Source: Malacoraja senta
Taxonomy: Eukaryota
Assembly (NCBI GenBank): GCA_038087875.1
Contig: CM076000.1
Coordinates: 2,356,001-2,420,000 of the forward strand
Direction: 5' to 3'
DNA length: 64,000 bases
The notes under the pieces are model-generated. The model was given only the letters and a program-made list of their open reading frames with translations, made no database searches and was not told the DNA's origin. The stretch's first letter is position 1; every line of letters begins with the position of its first letter. Positions 50,015-63,314 of the stretch are shown here, in pieces. A program made the translations under genes and the position numbers.

Positions 50015-50328
50015 GGGCGGCATGGTAGTGCAGCGGTAGCGTTGCTGTCTTACAGCGTCAGAGACCGGGGTTCGATCCTGACTACGGATGCTGTTTGTAC
50101 GGAGTTTGTACGTTCTCCCCGTGACCGCGTGAGTTTTCTCCGGGATCTCCGGTTTCTTCCTACACTCCAAAGACGTATGGGTTTGGAGATTAATTGGCTT
50201 GGTATAATAGTAAATTGTCCCTAGTGTGTGTAGGATAGTGCTAATGTGCGGGGATCTCTGGTCAACGTGGACTTAGTGGGCCAAAGGGCCTGTTTCCGTG
50301 CTGTATTTTTGAACTATACTAAACTAAA
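50015..50328 (+). mobile_element. HE1-type SINE
   Basis: A box, B box ggttcgatcc, core and tail. Confidence 0.88.
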
Positions 50329-52560
50329 TGAATTGCACCTATTCTGAGCATGCCAATGGAAGTTCAGTTAAGGAGACATCAGACTCACGAGACTGCTGCA
50401 GCCATCTGATCCACATACAGGTAATCCATGATCTTGCACTGACAGTTAAGTGATTCTAACATAAACTACATCTCAGAGAAGTGGAATGCAGATAAAAGCT
50501 TTATTTGTCTTCAGGGAGAAAAAAAAACTTGCTGAAAATCTGTCTATTATACAGTGCAGACGTGGATGAAAGCCGACAAGAGCTGTTTGATGTGAGCAAA
50601 TGCCCCTGTGCTATGTAAAAGCCAATGACCCAAGCAGCCTTCAATGGCAGAATGCGGGCATTCAGTCACTGAGAAATCCAGTTGTATGATAGATGACTCC
50701 ACTGAACTTGCCCTTTTAAACTGTGGGGATCATAACTTGGGGAAGTCCTTTGTTCTAGCCAATGATGTCAGCAACTTGTAGTCATCCTGCTGACAACTAA
50801 GAGACAGCTGAAACTGCGGACTATCCTTCAGTACAGCCCAGTAGCACAAAGGTTTGCTTATAATTTAGTTCTTGTGAATGAAAATACTTTTTGTGTGGCA
50901 GTTTATTTGTCGTTGGCTCCTGAGAAAGGCCTGTATGGAGTGGATGTGGAGAGGATGTTCCCAATACTAGGACCAGAGTCCACAGCCTCAGAATAAAAGG
51001 ACGTACCTTTAGAAAGATGAGAAGGAATTTCTTTAGTCAGAGGGTGGTGAATCGATGGAATTCATTGCCACAGACGGCTGTGGAGGCCAATGGATATTTT
51101 TCAGGCAGAGATTGATAGATTCTGGATCAGTAAGGGTGTCAGGGGTTATGGGGAGAACGCAGGAGCATGGGGTTGAGAGGGAAAGATAGATCAACCATGA
51201 TTGAATGGTGGTGTAGACTCGATGGGCCGAACGGCCCAATACTGCACCTATAACTTATGAACTTATGAGCTGTCTTTATTTTTGTCACTATGCCAATTCA
51301 TAGCAAGGCAAAATGACCGTATTTCAAAAAATGGTGAGTTACTTTAAAGACTTGTGTATGCATCTCTTGCAATGTTTCTCCAGTGAAATATGTTGAACAA
51401 GGCTAAAAAGACAAGGGAAGGATCTGCACATGGCAGACAGCACAGTGTATGAAGTAAATCCATGAAAGGAAACCATGGAAAATCTAAAGAAACCCAGTCA
51501 TCTCGAAGATAGAACATAAAACATAGACAGCATTTGGCCCGCAATGTCTGTGCCACACATGATGCCGAAATCAACTTACCCACTGCACACAATCCATATC
51601 CCTCCATTCTCTGCATATCCATGTGCCCATACACAAGTCTCTTAAATGCCACTATCATATCTGCCTCTACCACTACCCCCGGCAGCACGATCCAGGCATT
51701 CACCACCCTCTGTGACCCACACATCTCTTTTAAACTTATGTTCCCCGGGGGTGCCTTCCGCAGCTGACCTTGAGGGTGCATTAGGCCAGATCCCGGTTCC
51801 CTCTCCTGCCGCTATTCCTCCTCGCGTTACGCCAGTACTTTGTGTTTTATACTAAAGTCTAGATTCCTGCACTGAATGGAGGGGGTAGTTCAGCACATAC
51901 TGTAGTATCTCAACTGAAGGGAAGGTAAAAGTAATTGGCAGCTTGAAAATGCAATATTATGCGACTGGGGCTCAATAACGTTATAAAACCACATTCACAG
52001 AGCAGGTGTTCTGCAGATGGTCTTATACACCACTAGAGGACTTGAGAAAGGTAAAAAGAATTGGTGGTGTGCAACTGGAAAAAACATCTTGAGAACTAAA
52101 GGAAATTGTGGGAGAACGTTTGGAGGGTTGTGTGACATTGTGGGATGCCAGAGCTTTTTCGGTCTTTCCGGTGCTCCGCCTGTACACAGAAGCTTCTTTA
52201 TTTAAGTGAAGTCTTTCCGTGATTTTCAATGACTTCATGAGGAAGGTAAAAGATTTTTCCCATAATGTAATTTGAGTGTATTCTTTTAGTCAGAACTTCC
52301 CTTCATATGAACAAAAAGCAGCTCCATGGAATGTGTGACTCCCTCCCTAACTAATCCATGAACTACAAAAGGCAGAGTTTCCTGATTTAATTGAGACTTC
52401 AGTTAGATTTTAGCACAGACATGTACTCAATGTGCAGAGTGATCTTGCCTAAGAAAACATCTAATCCCTATTTCACTCCTGAATACAATAACATACTCCA
52501 TATACTTGTTAGAATCTACACTTGTTATTTAATTGTCCTGGATTTTTAAATCAAGGTGTA

Positions 52561-52900
52561 GGGCGGACATAGTGGCAGGGCAGCGGTAGAATCGCTGCCT
52601 CACAGCGCCAGAGACTCGGGTTCGATCCTGACTTCGGGTGCTGTCTGTACAGAGTTTGCACGTTTTCCCTGTGACTACTTGGGGTTCGTCTGGATGCCCC
52701 AGTTTCCTCCCACATCCCAAAGACGTGCGGGTTTGTAGGTTAATTGCCCTCTATAAATTCCCCTGAGTGTGTAGAGAGTGGATGAGAAAGTTTGATAACA
52801 TAGAACTAGCGTGACCAGGTGATTGATGGTCGACGAGGACTCGGTTGGCCGATGGGCCTGTTTCCATGCTGTATCTCTAAACTAAATTAAGCTAAATTAA
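52561..52900 (+). mobile_element. HE1-type SINE
   Basis: Same head, core and tail as the other copies. Confidence 0.85.
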
Positions 52901-53304
52901 AGTCTGGAAGTATGGGTGATGCATGCTACTATGTGGATCTGCAGTTAGTGACATTTTGTGTGGTGCTTTAGGATATTTCTGCACTGTACTATCTGGGGGA
53001 TATTTGAGATTGGCAAGAGCATTTCAAGCAACTTGTCACATCAAACAATCTAATTCAGGAATTTAGAAATTTACCATCGACAAGTTGAGCATAATTAGGA
53101 AGTATGCTTGAATGTAGAATCATATTATGAAAGCAAAATAAAGGGAAGGAAAGAGATCGTACTGGGGAAAGTTTAAAAAATGGCCAAAAGGAAATATAAA
53201 GAAAAAGTTCAAATTTAGAATTTATAGGAAGTCTTGTATTATAGTAAATCTAAAACGTGAGATTCCATGTAATTTGTTTTTGTCTGAGAGAACTTTAAGT
53301 ATAA

Positions 53305-54582
53305 CTAGACCAAGTGGGACCCGTTGGGTCCCGTCCCCTCAACGTGCGGTTGCAGGGGGGGGGGGCGGCCTGCGGCATCACACACACACTAACCACCCCC
53401 CTCACACACACACTAACCACCCCTCTTGATATTATATCAATATTATTCATTCGCTCCTTTTACCCCATCCCCTGCACTATCCACTCACGCATAGCCCCCA
53501 ACTCGCAGGTGAGGCTAGAGTAGGAGAGTGAGAGAGGGCAGGGGCAAAGAGAGGGCAGGGGCAGAGAGAGGGCAGGGGCAGGGGCAGGGGCAGGGGCAGA
53601 GAGAGGGCAGGAGCAGGGGCAGGGGCAGAGAGAGAGCGGGTGCAGAGGCAGAGAGAGGGCAGGTACAGGGGCAGAGGGCAGGGGCAGAGGGAGAGCAGGG
53701 GCAGAGGGCAGGCAGGGCAGAGGGAGGGTGGGGCAGAGGGAGAGCAGGGCAGAGGGAGGGTGGGGCAGAGGGAGAGCAGGGGCAGAGGGAGGGCATGGGC
53801 AGAGGGAGAGCAGGGACAGAGGAAGGGTTGGGGCAGAGGGAGGGCGGGCAGGGGCAGAAGGCGGGCAGGGGCAGAGGGCAGAGACAGAGGGAGAGGGCCG
53901 AGGGCAGAGACAGAGGGCAGAGACAGAGGGCAGAGGGAGAGGGCAGAGGGAAAGGGCAGAGGGCGGAGGGAGAGGGCAGAGGCAGGGCAGAGGGGGCAGG
54001 GGGAGGCAGAGGGGGCGGGGGAGGAAGAGAGGGAGCGGGGGAGGCAGAGAGGGAGCGGGGGGGGCAAAGAGGGATCGGGGGGGCAGAGAGGGAGGGGGTA
54101 GAGTTTGAGGGGTGGGGGGGGCACGGCGTCACAGAGGTGGGCTGGTTCCTGAACGCAATACTCGCTCCAGGCTCCAGCAACCTCCCCACCATGTGCCGAC
54201 CCGGGGCGAGTACAGGGCCCGACTTGCCCGTTCTTTATACGTCTTTTGAATAACCGGGGGGTGGGGTGGAGTGGTCAGAGGTGTGACGTCACTCGTAGCG
54301 CGAAGAAAACGGCACGCGACGCAGACCCATTGTGACGTCATCAGCGAAAGACAGTCGTTTTTAAATTCAAAGTTTTGTCCGATTTTTGAACATTTACAGT
54401 AATAACTTGAGAAATAAAGCATGAAATTTTCAGATAAGGCGATTTTGGACTCGAGGGAGAAAATGTCTACCGGAATATGTAAATTTTTTACCGTTACCGC
54501 CTCGTTTTCTCGCGAAGATGTGATTACACACAAACACACAAACACATCCACATCCAAGATCAGACTTTTAAGTATATATAGA
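53305..54582 (-). mobile_element. Complete non-autonomous Helitron
   Basis: On the minus strand: A|TCTATATATAC... 5' end; 3' hairpin GGGACCC-aac-GGGTCCC (53316-53332), then acttggtCTAG|T; insertion between A and T. Confidence 0.92.
53520..54122. repeat. Purine/G-rich low-complexity array (ggcaga/ggggca) inside the Helitron
   Basis: Seen directly in the sequence. Confidence 0.92.
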
Positions 54583-56227
54583 TAGAGTCATAGAGTCCCT
54601 TTGGCCCAACTTGCCCATACCGACCAACATGTACCAACTACTCTAGTCCCAACTGCCTGCATTTGGCCCATATCCCTCTAAAGCTGTCCTATCCATGTAC
54701 CTGTCTAAATGTTTCTTAAACGGCGTGATTGTACCTGCCTCAACTACCTCCTCCTGCAGCTCGTTCCATACACCCACCACCCTTTGTGTTAAAAAGTTAC
54801 TCCCTAGGTTCCTATTAAATCTTTCCCCTATCACCTTAAACCTATGTCCTTTGGTTCTCGATAACTTGACAATAGTTATGTTGTTAGGTTTTCGGCGTAC
54901 GTGCATTAGTTTTTATACTGAGGTATCACACCCTCACTCTTTGAGTCCATTAATGCTGAATCTTTCAGCAACATGGTAACGTGATGAAGTTTTTGCAGAA
55001 ACAGGAGAAGATAGATATCAATTTCTTAATTTTAAGAAACAAGGAATAGCAGATGTTGTAATCCTGAGAAAACCCCCAAATATAGGAGTAATTCAGCAGG
55101 TCAAGCAGCATCTCTGGAGGATATGGATAGGGGTTGTTTTGGGTCAGGACCCTTTTTGAGTTGTGCATGAACAGGTGACATTTTGGATCAGGACGCTTTT
55201 TCAATCTAAAGGTGGGATCTGACTCGAAAGGTTACCAATCCATGCCCTCCAGAGATGCTACCTGAGCCATTGAGTTACTCCAGCACTTTGTGTTTTGCTC
55301 AATATGCTCAATTTCCCCTTTTAACTGCACATGTGCAGGAGGCTGAGGTGTGATCGAATAGAGGTGTATAAAATCATGAGGGGATTACATAGGGTAAATG
55401 CACAGGTTTTTTTTACCCAGAGTAGGGGAACCAAGAACCAGAGGACGTAGGTTTCAGGTGAAAGGTGAAAGACTCAATAGGAACCTGAGGGGCAACTTTT
55501 TCACATAGTGTGGCGGGTGTATAGAATACGCTGCTAGAGGAGGCATATGAGGCAGGTATTATAACAACATTTAAAATATATTTATAGAGGTAAATGGATA
55601 GGAAATGTTTAGAGGGATATGGGCCAAACAGGCAGTTAGGACTAGTGCAGATGGGGCATCTTGGTCAGCTGGACGAGTTGGCCAACCAGCGTGTTTCTGT
55701 GCGGTATGACTCTATGTAGAGTTGCTTTCTGATTTATTTTGATTGTATTTATGCTTATAAATATAATATAGTACAAAATGTTCATTTTCTTTTAGCACGT
55801 AAAACAAACAGCAGGAGTGCGAGTGTAGGAAGGTACAGCAGATGCTGGCTTATACCAAAGGTAGACCAATGCTTAACAAGAAATACCCACTAACCAAACA
55901 AAAATGTTTTATGTCAATGTATTCTTATGTCAGGATGGCAGGGCAGCGGTAGAGTTGCTGCCTTACAGCGCCAGGGACCTGGGTTCGATCCTGACTACGG
56001 GTGCTGTCTGTACAGAGTTTGTACGTTCTCCTTGAGAGCTGCATGGGTTTTCCCCAGGAGAACCGGTTTCTTCCCACATTCCAAAGACGTACAGGTTTGT
56101 AGGTCAATTGGCTTGGTATAACTGTAAATTGCCCCTGTGTAGGAAGGAACTGCTGGTTTAAACCGGAAATAGACACAAAATGCTGGAGTAATGCAGCGGG
56201 ACAGGCAGCATCTCTAGAGAAGGAATG

Positions 56228-56261
56228 GGTGACATTTCGGGTCGAGGCCCTTCTTCAGACT
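56228..56261 (-). ncRNA. Minimal hammerhead ribozyme motif
   Basis: Minus strand reads agt-CTGAAGA-a-GGG-cctcga-CCC-GAAA-t-GTC-acc. Confidence 0.65.
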
Positions 56262-56461
56262 GGGTTAAAACATGGTCGTAGAGTCGGAGAGCAGGAGAAA
56301 TCACAGAGGGGTAACAGTGAGAGACGCTGCCTGTTCTGCCAGGCACGGAAATCGCTATCAAAACATGGGGGGGGGACCGGGGGATGCGCTTTCTTGCCGG
56401 TCGCGCACGATTGAGAGTAAACACACGCACGCACGCACGCACGCACGCACTCACTCTTGCG

Positions 56462-56492
<31 letters not shown>

Positions 56493-57389
56493 ACGCGCAC
56501 GCGCACGCACACGCAGCCCTGCCTGGATTTACGGGAACGACGGCCAAGGCTTACGGCCAGCGTGGAGAAGCAGCGCTAAATGCAACTCAACACTGCCTGT
56601 CTCCCAGGGTTAACCTACAGCCCTGCCTGGACTGATGGTACACCAGTCCGGAGCCGTGGAGCTAGCGCTGCTTTTCTGCGCTGGCCGTAAGTCTGGGCCG
56701 TCGTTCCCGTAAATCCAGGCAGGGCTGTTGGTTAACCTGGCAGGATAGGCAGAGTTGAGCTGGGTTTAACGCTCCTTCTCTGCGCTGGCTGTGGGCATGG
56801 GAGCACCGCTCCCGTCTGACTCCCGATGTCTCTGGCCACCCCCGGGCGTGTGGGGGGGGGGGTGGGGAGGGAAGGGGGGGCACTCTGGTGGGCACGTGGA
56901 TGGTCCACTGATGGTTCGGCAGAGATTGCAGCGCCAGAGACCCGGTATCGATCCTGTCTGCGGATGAGGCACAGGTCTGTGTCCAGGGCTGCCGAGAGTG
57001 TTTTTCGCTTGTGACCCTTTGACCTGGGCATGGAATTCAAGCTCCGTTCCATGATCCTTGCTCCACCAGGACATCTCCCTCCTCCAATCACCACTCTCTA
57101 TCCTCAGTCCCACCCTCCTACTTCCGCCTCTGACCGACACCTCCCTCCTCCAATCATCGTGCTGAATCATCCCCATTGACCACCCCCCCCATTGTCTGCT
57201 GACCGACGTCTCTCTTGTCCAATCGGCGCCCTTGATCATCAGACCCACCTATAAGGTCTCGCGGAAAGCGGAGATTTCACCGGGTTTTAAAATCCGGATT
57301 ACAAAAATGGTGGGGATCGTCCCCCACCTCTCAAAACGGGGGGGGGGGGGGACGTGTCTCCCCTGGCCCCCCCAGGATTCCTGCCCCTG
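56262..57389. mobile_element. GC-rich probable hAT-like non-autonomous element with only one recognisable end
   Basis: Right end ...ggattcctgcccctg (CAGGGG-type terminus); splits a palindromic Penelope mini-element; contains an internal inverted repeat and (GCAC)n/(CA)n. Confidence 0.5.
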
Positions 57390-58079
57390 TGTCCCGCTGA
57401 GTTACTCCAGCATTTTGTGTTAATTATCCCTAGTGTATGTAGGATAGTGTTAGTGTGCGGGGATCACTGGTCAGCTCTGACTCGGTGGGCCTGTTTCTGC
57501 TCTGTATCTTTGAACTAAACTAAACTAAAAAACTCACACTGCACTTGGTATTTGGTTAGGGATTATCAGAGTTGAGGTCACATTGGGTTATGAATTTAGT
57601 TTGTTTCATTGAATTTGAAGAACTCCGCTCTGTGAAAGTGATGTTCATCCAACCTCTGCTGCACATCTCTCAAGGCACGCTTCATTTTTGCTTTGGTTTG
57701 CTCGGAGGCAATAATTGGAGAGATTATAGGGCAAAACACGTAATTATTATTGCTGAATATTTGGTGCTAAATGGGGATAAATAAGTATCTCAATAGTGAA
57801 AGGTGAGAATATTTTTGTGGGAAATCGGATACCAATCAAATTTTGTTTAGGTTAGAGATACAGCAGGGAAACACTGAGTCTGCACAAACTAGCGACCACA
57901 CTAACACTATCCTACACACACCAGGGACAATTTACCATTTTACCAAGCCAATTAGCCTACAACCCTGTATGTCTTTGGAGTGGGTGGAGGATACCGGACC
58001 ACGGGAGAAAACCCATATAGTTCACGGGGAGAACGTTCAAAATCTATGCAGACAGCACCCATAATCTGGATCAAATCAA

Positions 58080-58615
58080 TAGACAATAGACAATAGGTGC
58101 AGGAGTAAACCATTTGTCCCTTCGAGCCAGCACCGCCATTCAATGTGATCATGGCTGATCATCCCCAATCAGTACCCCATTCCTGCCTTCTCCCCATATC
58201 CCTTGACTCCGCTAGCTTTAAAAACCACATCTAACTCTCTCTTGAAAGCATCCACAGAACTGGCCTCCACCGCCCTCTGAGGCAGAGAATTTTACAGACT
58301 CACAACTCTCTGTGTGAAAAAGTATTTCCTCATCTCCGTTCTAAATGGCTTACCCCTTATTCTTAAACTGTGGCCCCTGGTTCTGGACTCCCCAACATCG
58401 GGAACATATTTCCTGCCTCTAGCATGCCCAAACCCTTAATAATGTTATATGTTTCAATAAGATAGCCTCTCATCCTTCCAAATTCCAGAGTGTACAAGCC
58501 CAGCCGCACCATTCTATCAACATATGACAGTCCCGCCATCCCGGGAATTAACCTGGTGAACCTATGCTTCACTCCCTCAATAGCAAGAATGTTCTTCCTC
58601 AAATTTGGAGACCAA
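58080..58615 (-). mobile_element. CR1/HER1 LINE 3' end
   Basis: WSPNLRKNILAIEGVKHRFTRLIPGMAG; same subfamily as 42615-43790. Confidence 0.88.
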
Positions 58616-59442
58616 TCCAGGTGTCTGGCGCTGTAAGGCAGCAACTCTACTGCTGCGCCACCAAATTTCTGTTCCAAAAATTCTCATACTTCGTTGCGGC
58701 ACACTTCACAGTGGCGCAGCAGGAGAGTTGCTGCCTTACAGTGCCAGCGATGCAAGTTCGATCCTGACGATGGGTGCTGTCTGTTTGGTGTTTGCACATT
58801 CTTCCTGTGACCGCATGGGTTTTCTCCGGGTGCTCCGGATTCTTCTCACATTCCAAAGATGTGCAGGATTGTAGGTTAATTGGCTTCTGTAAGTTGCCCC
58901 TAGGGTGTACGATAGAACTAGTGTGAATGTGCGATCATTGGTCGATGTGGACTCGGTGGGCCAAAGGGCCCATTTCCACGCTGTTTCTCCAAACTAAACT
59001 CAACTTCTTAAGTGTTGTTGGAGTTTAATTCATCCAGATTCAATCAAGAATCGTCCCTCACACATTTGCCATGACCTAATTATTTTAGTCTAAGAAGCCT
59101 GAAAACAGGAAAGGTTTAGGGGGATATGGGCCAAATGCAGGCAGGTGGGACTAGGATAGATGGGCATGTTGGTTGACATGGGTACATTGGGCCAAAGGGT
59201 CTGTTTTCATGCTGTATGATCTCTGATGGGTCGAAGACTAGTGAGTCACTCTTTCCAGGACAACTAGCCTTTGACCCATCTTGTAGACTCAGTATTGATG
59301 TTGCTAGTTCAGTTAAGTCATGGTGATTCTCAACCTTATAATGTGGCTGTGAGCACTGATGGTAATGTCATTGAATAAAGACTAGTACGTAGTTAGACTC
59401 TCTTGTTAGAGGTAGCCTTTGCCTGGCACTTGTACCTAAGAC

Positions 59443-61306
59443 TGTAGATTGGTTATTGCATGTGAACCAATCATAGTAGAAATAGCATCACGAACCCCAC
59501 CTTACTGTATGATTTCTACTAACACCCACTTCCTACACTGGTCAGTCTTGGAAGCGGTAACGATGAACTAACAACTAACACCCTGCTGTACCGCTATACT
59601 ATGGGTACTGATTAAAGATCATCTTGAACTCCAGATTGTACAGTTTGCATATTTACATGGTGTCATTAAGCTTGGAGTAACCCACTGCGCCCGTTGATCG
59701 GTTTTTATTTCTATTTATCAGGGTTTTTTTTTGCTTCACTATGGCTCAATCATGCAGCAAGCCTGCACAGCTTATCTTCGATTCTGACATCGGGGAACGA
59801 TGGAAACTCTCTGAAATTGACTACGAACACACAGCCGGCGACGACACTCTCCAGCTACTCTCATCCATAATCAAAAGAGGCTGGCCAGACAGAGATGCCA
59901 GCCCCCCACTGATGTGTTTAGCCTACAACGATTCCTGAACTATCTGGGAAAGTTCATACCGAACCTCAGTGAACTGAGCTCACCTCTGAGACAACTCACT
60001 CGGAAGGATACTGCCTGGTCCTGGTTCCAGCAACATCAACAAGCATTTGACTCTTTAAAGTCGAGGCTGACCAGCGCTCCAACCTGGACATTCTTCGACC
60101 TGAAGCATCCTGTCACTATTACCTGCGATGCCCCACGATATGGGCTGGGCGCTGCCTGCCTACAAACATCTGCCGATGGGACTTTACGACTTATCTCTAG
60201 TCAAGGCCTCATTATTCCTTATCTTGTTGTAGATGTGCACAGACATTACATTCACGCGGGCCCCCGTATACCCACAAAGTAATGGGCTCGTTGAACAGGC
60301 CGTCAGAAGCGCAAAACAGCTAATGGAACGCACCCACCTAGCCAAGTCAGATGTGTACCTCGACCTTTTAAACCTCAGAAACATCGCTCGAGACGGGGTC
60401 CTGGGCTCACCAGCCCAACGCCTGATGTCCAGAACAACGAGACCACCAATACCAGTCGCCCAGCAGAAGCTGGCGCCACAGGTGCTGAAGCCAGCCACGA
60501 TCCAGAAGCGCATCCAGGAGAAACACAACATCCAGAAATGATCTCATGACAAGTCCTGCAAACCACTTAAACCACTACTACCGGGCCAAGTCTTCTGTTT
60601 GCAAACTACTGTGGGACATTCCCGTCTAGGTTGCGTTGTTGGCCCGTCCAAAGAACCCCGATCCTACCTTGTTGACATCGATGGTGCTTTGTACCGTCAG
60701 AGCCGCCAACACTTGCTGGCTGTGAAGGAACCACGTCCCCCACCAGCCGATCCTTTCGCTCCACCTCCACTGTTCCAGCCGTCCGCTGCCGTGGTCACCA
60801 CCAGTTCCAGCATGTCCCTTACCCCACCACGACCGGTGGCTATGACTAACAACAACACTACCTCTCCCGCATGCTCTCCCTGTCAGTCACCACAAGTGTC
60901 CCCTGCTGCTTTCTCACTTCCGGGTTCACCGCCTCCCTCTGACTTTTCTGGTGAAGGGAGAGAGGGCTTGGTCCGTACGCGTTCGGGCCGTATTAGTAGA
61001 CCGCCTGACAGATATGGTGAGTATGTTTGAATTCTAGCTGCATGTGTGTTTAACTATATTCGCTCTTTACGGGGAAGGATGTAGATTGGTTAATGCATGT
61101 GAACCAATCATAGTAGCAATAGCATCACTAACCCCACCTTACTGTATGATTCATACTAACACCCACTTCCTACACTGGTCAGTCTTGGAAGCGGTAACGA
61201 TGAACTAACAACTAACAACCTGCTGTACCGCTATAATATGGGTACTGATTAAAGATGATCTTGAACTCCAGATTGTACAGTTTGCTTATTTACTTATTTA
61301 TTTATA
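59443..61306 (+). mobile_element. Small, internally deleted Gypsy LTR element
   Basis: LTRs 59443-59657 and 61080-~61306; (a)agac TSD; PBS tggtgtca; PPT ggggaagga; remnants of gag, RT-RNase H and integrase (YPQSNGLVEQAVRSAK). Confidence 0.93.
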
Positions 61307-61884
61307 AGACATACAGTAGGTGCAGAATTAGGCCATTCTGCCTGAACCTGCTGCACCATTTGAACATGGCTGATCTATTTTTCCTTCTCAACCCCATTCT
61401 CCTGTCTTCTCCCCATAACCTGTGACGCCCTTACTAATCAAGAACCTATCAATGTCCTCTTTAAAAATACCCAATGACTTGGCCTCCACCGCCGTCTGTA
61501 GCAGTGAATTCCACAGATTCAATATGGACCCATGTCTGAATGTTGCCCTGGTCTTGTCACATACAGGCAAGGGCAGCGACATTTTCTGTGAATTGGAAAG
61601 GTATTTGGAAATTTTCCAATCATAATCGAGTTTGGCAAAATGCCTGACCACATGATGGAAGGAAGGTTTATGATGAGGCAGCTAAGGTTGGCTTTGCCAA
61701 GGCCACGGAGCAGCACAGGGTGGCACAGCTGGCAGAGCTGCTGTATCACAATGCCAGAGACACGGGTTCGATTCTGACCTCGGTTGCTGTCTGTGTGGAG
61801 TTTGCACATTGTCCCTGTGACCATGTGGGTTTCCTCTGGGTGCTCCAGTTTCATCCCACATCCCACATTAATTGGCCTCTGTAA

Positions 61885-62090
61885 ACTGACAAAAGGACAC
61901 AAAGTGCTGGAGTAACTCAGCGGGTCAGGCAGCATACCCGGAGAACATGAATAGGTGACATTTTGGGTCGAAACCCTTCTTCAGACTGATTGTAGGGTCT
62001 AAAGAAGGGCCTGGACCCGAAACATCATCTATCCATCTTCTCGAGAGATGCTGCCTGACCCACTGAGTTATTAACCAGCATCTGCAATTC
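61885..62090. mobile_element. Palindromic Penelope-derived element with two divergent hammerhead-like cores, nested in an HE1 SINE
   Basis: ...gggtcgaaacccttcttcagac-tgattgtagg-gtctaaagaagggcctggacccgaaacatc... Confidence 0.75.
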
Positions 62091-62727
62091 TTTGTTTTTG
62101 TAAATTGGCCCTTATATGTACTGAGTGAATGGGAAAGTTGGAAAACATTGAAGTAGTGTGAACGGGTGATCGATGGTTGCTGTGGACTCGGTGGGCCGAA
62201 GGGCCTGTTTCCATGCTATATCTCTAAACTGAATCTCTAAATTAGATACACCCCTGAGGAACTCCTGCGGCAGGGTGCTGAAACACTCTGCTTGGAGATA
62301 GTTGCTACCTCTCACTCCATTTGGAGGTGGTCGCTGTGGGAGGGGAGTAAGTGATAATCAGACAGAGACTCCACACTTCCTGAGGTTATCTGTTGCCGGC
62401 CCTGCTTTGTTCTGGCCTTTTCTCACGTCTAGTTTATTTCCATCCCCCTTCCCACCTATCTTTCAGTCTGAAGAAGGGTTCCGACCTGAAACAACACCTA
62501 TATCTTTTCTCCAGCGATGCTGCCTGACTCTGATCCACTGACCCTCTCCAGAATTTTGTGTCTATCTTTCTTTTTCAAGTTTGATTTGGTGCCATGGCTT
62601 TCAATGTGTACATCTCTGTCAATACCTATATCTCAGCTGCCAACTCTGGTTGATCTATTAAGCAATTGGAAACATCAGGAGGAGTCAAGGGTGTTGATTG
62701 AAATGTATGATTCTGGAAGTAGAGTAA

Positions 62728-62916
62728 AGGGCCTGTCCCACTTACACGACTTTTTCGGCGACTGCCGGCACCCGTCATAGGTCGTTACAGGTCACCGAAA
62801 ATTTTCAACATGTTGAAAATCCAGCGGCGACCAGAACAAGGTACGACTCTTTGGGCGACTACTCACGACCGTACAGGCTTCACCCGCACATGTCGCCAGG
62901 GTGTCGCCTGTATGGT
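62728..62916 (+). mobile_element. Truncated Harbinger-like MITE
   Basis: TAA|agggcctgtcccactt TIR, shared with the MITEs at 7694 and 35807; the right end is missing. Confidence 0.7.
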
Positions 62917-63314
62917 CCAAGGTATGAAGATTGTTGAAAACAATCAGGATGATCCAAGGTATGAAGATTGTTGAAAACTATTTGATGATCATTTATAGCA
63001 CTTACAGATTGAATCAAACTGTGGATGGATTTTAAGAAAATAAATTTGCTGTCTTTACTTCATCTGGTCACTCTGGGTCACCAGATCAGTCCAGTTGATT
63101 CTGACCTCCCTCTGAAAAGACTCAGCAAATTCACTAGGTTCCGTTGGACTACCAGAGTAAAATGTAATATACATGACACCTATGAATGGTGCAGAATGAG
63201 TAGAGACACTTAATGCAACCATAACAAAGGAGAAACCAGTATGCGCCGTTGAAAGCTTTTTATCGGGATGCATCACAACATGGTTTGGGAACAGCTCCAT
63301 CCATGACCACAAGA

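Noticed and set aside
53477..54253. Pro/Leu-rich and Gly/Arg-rich ORFs of 126-241 aa
   Set aside because: Low-complexity array inside the Helitron, open in most frames.
62916..62978. 26-bp direct duplication tccaaggtatgaagattgttgaaaac
   Set aside because: A small local duplication at a truncated MITE edge with no further structure.
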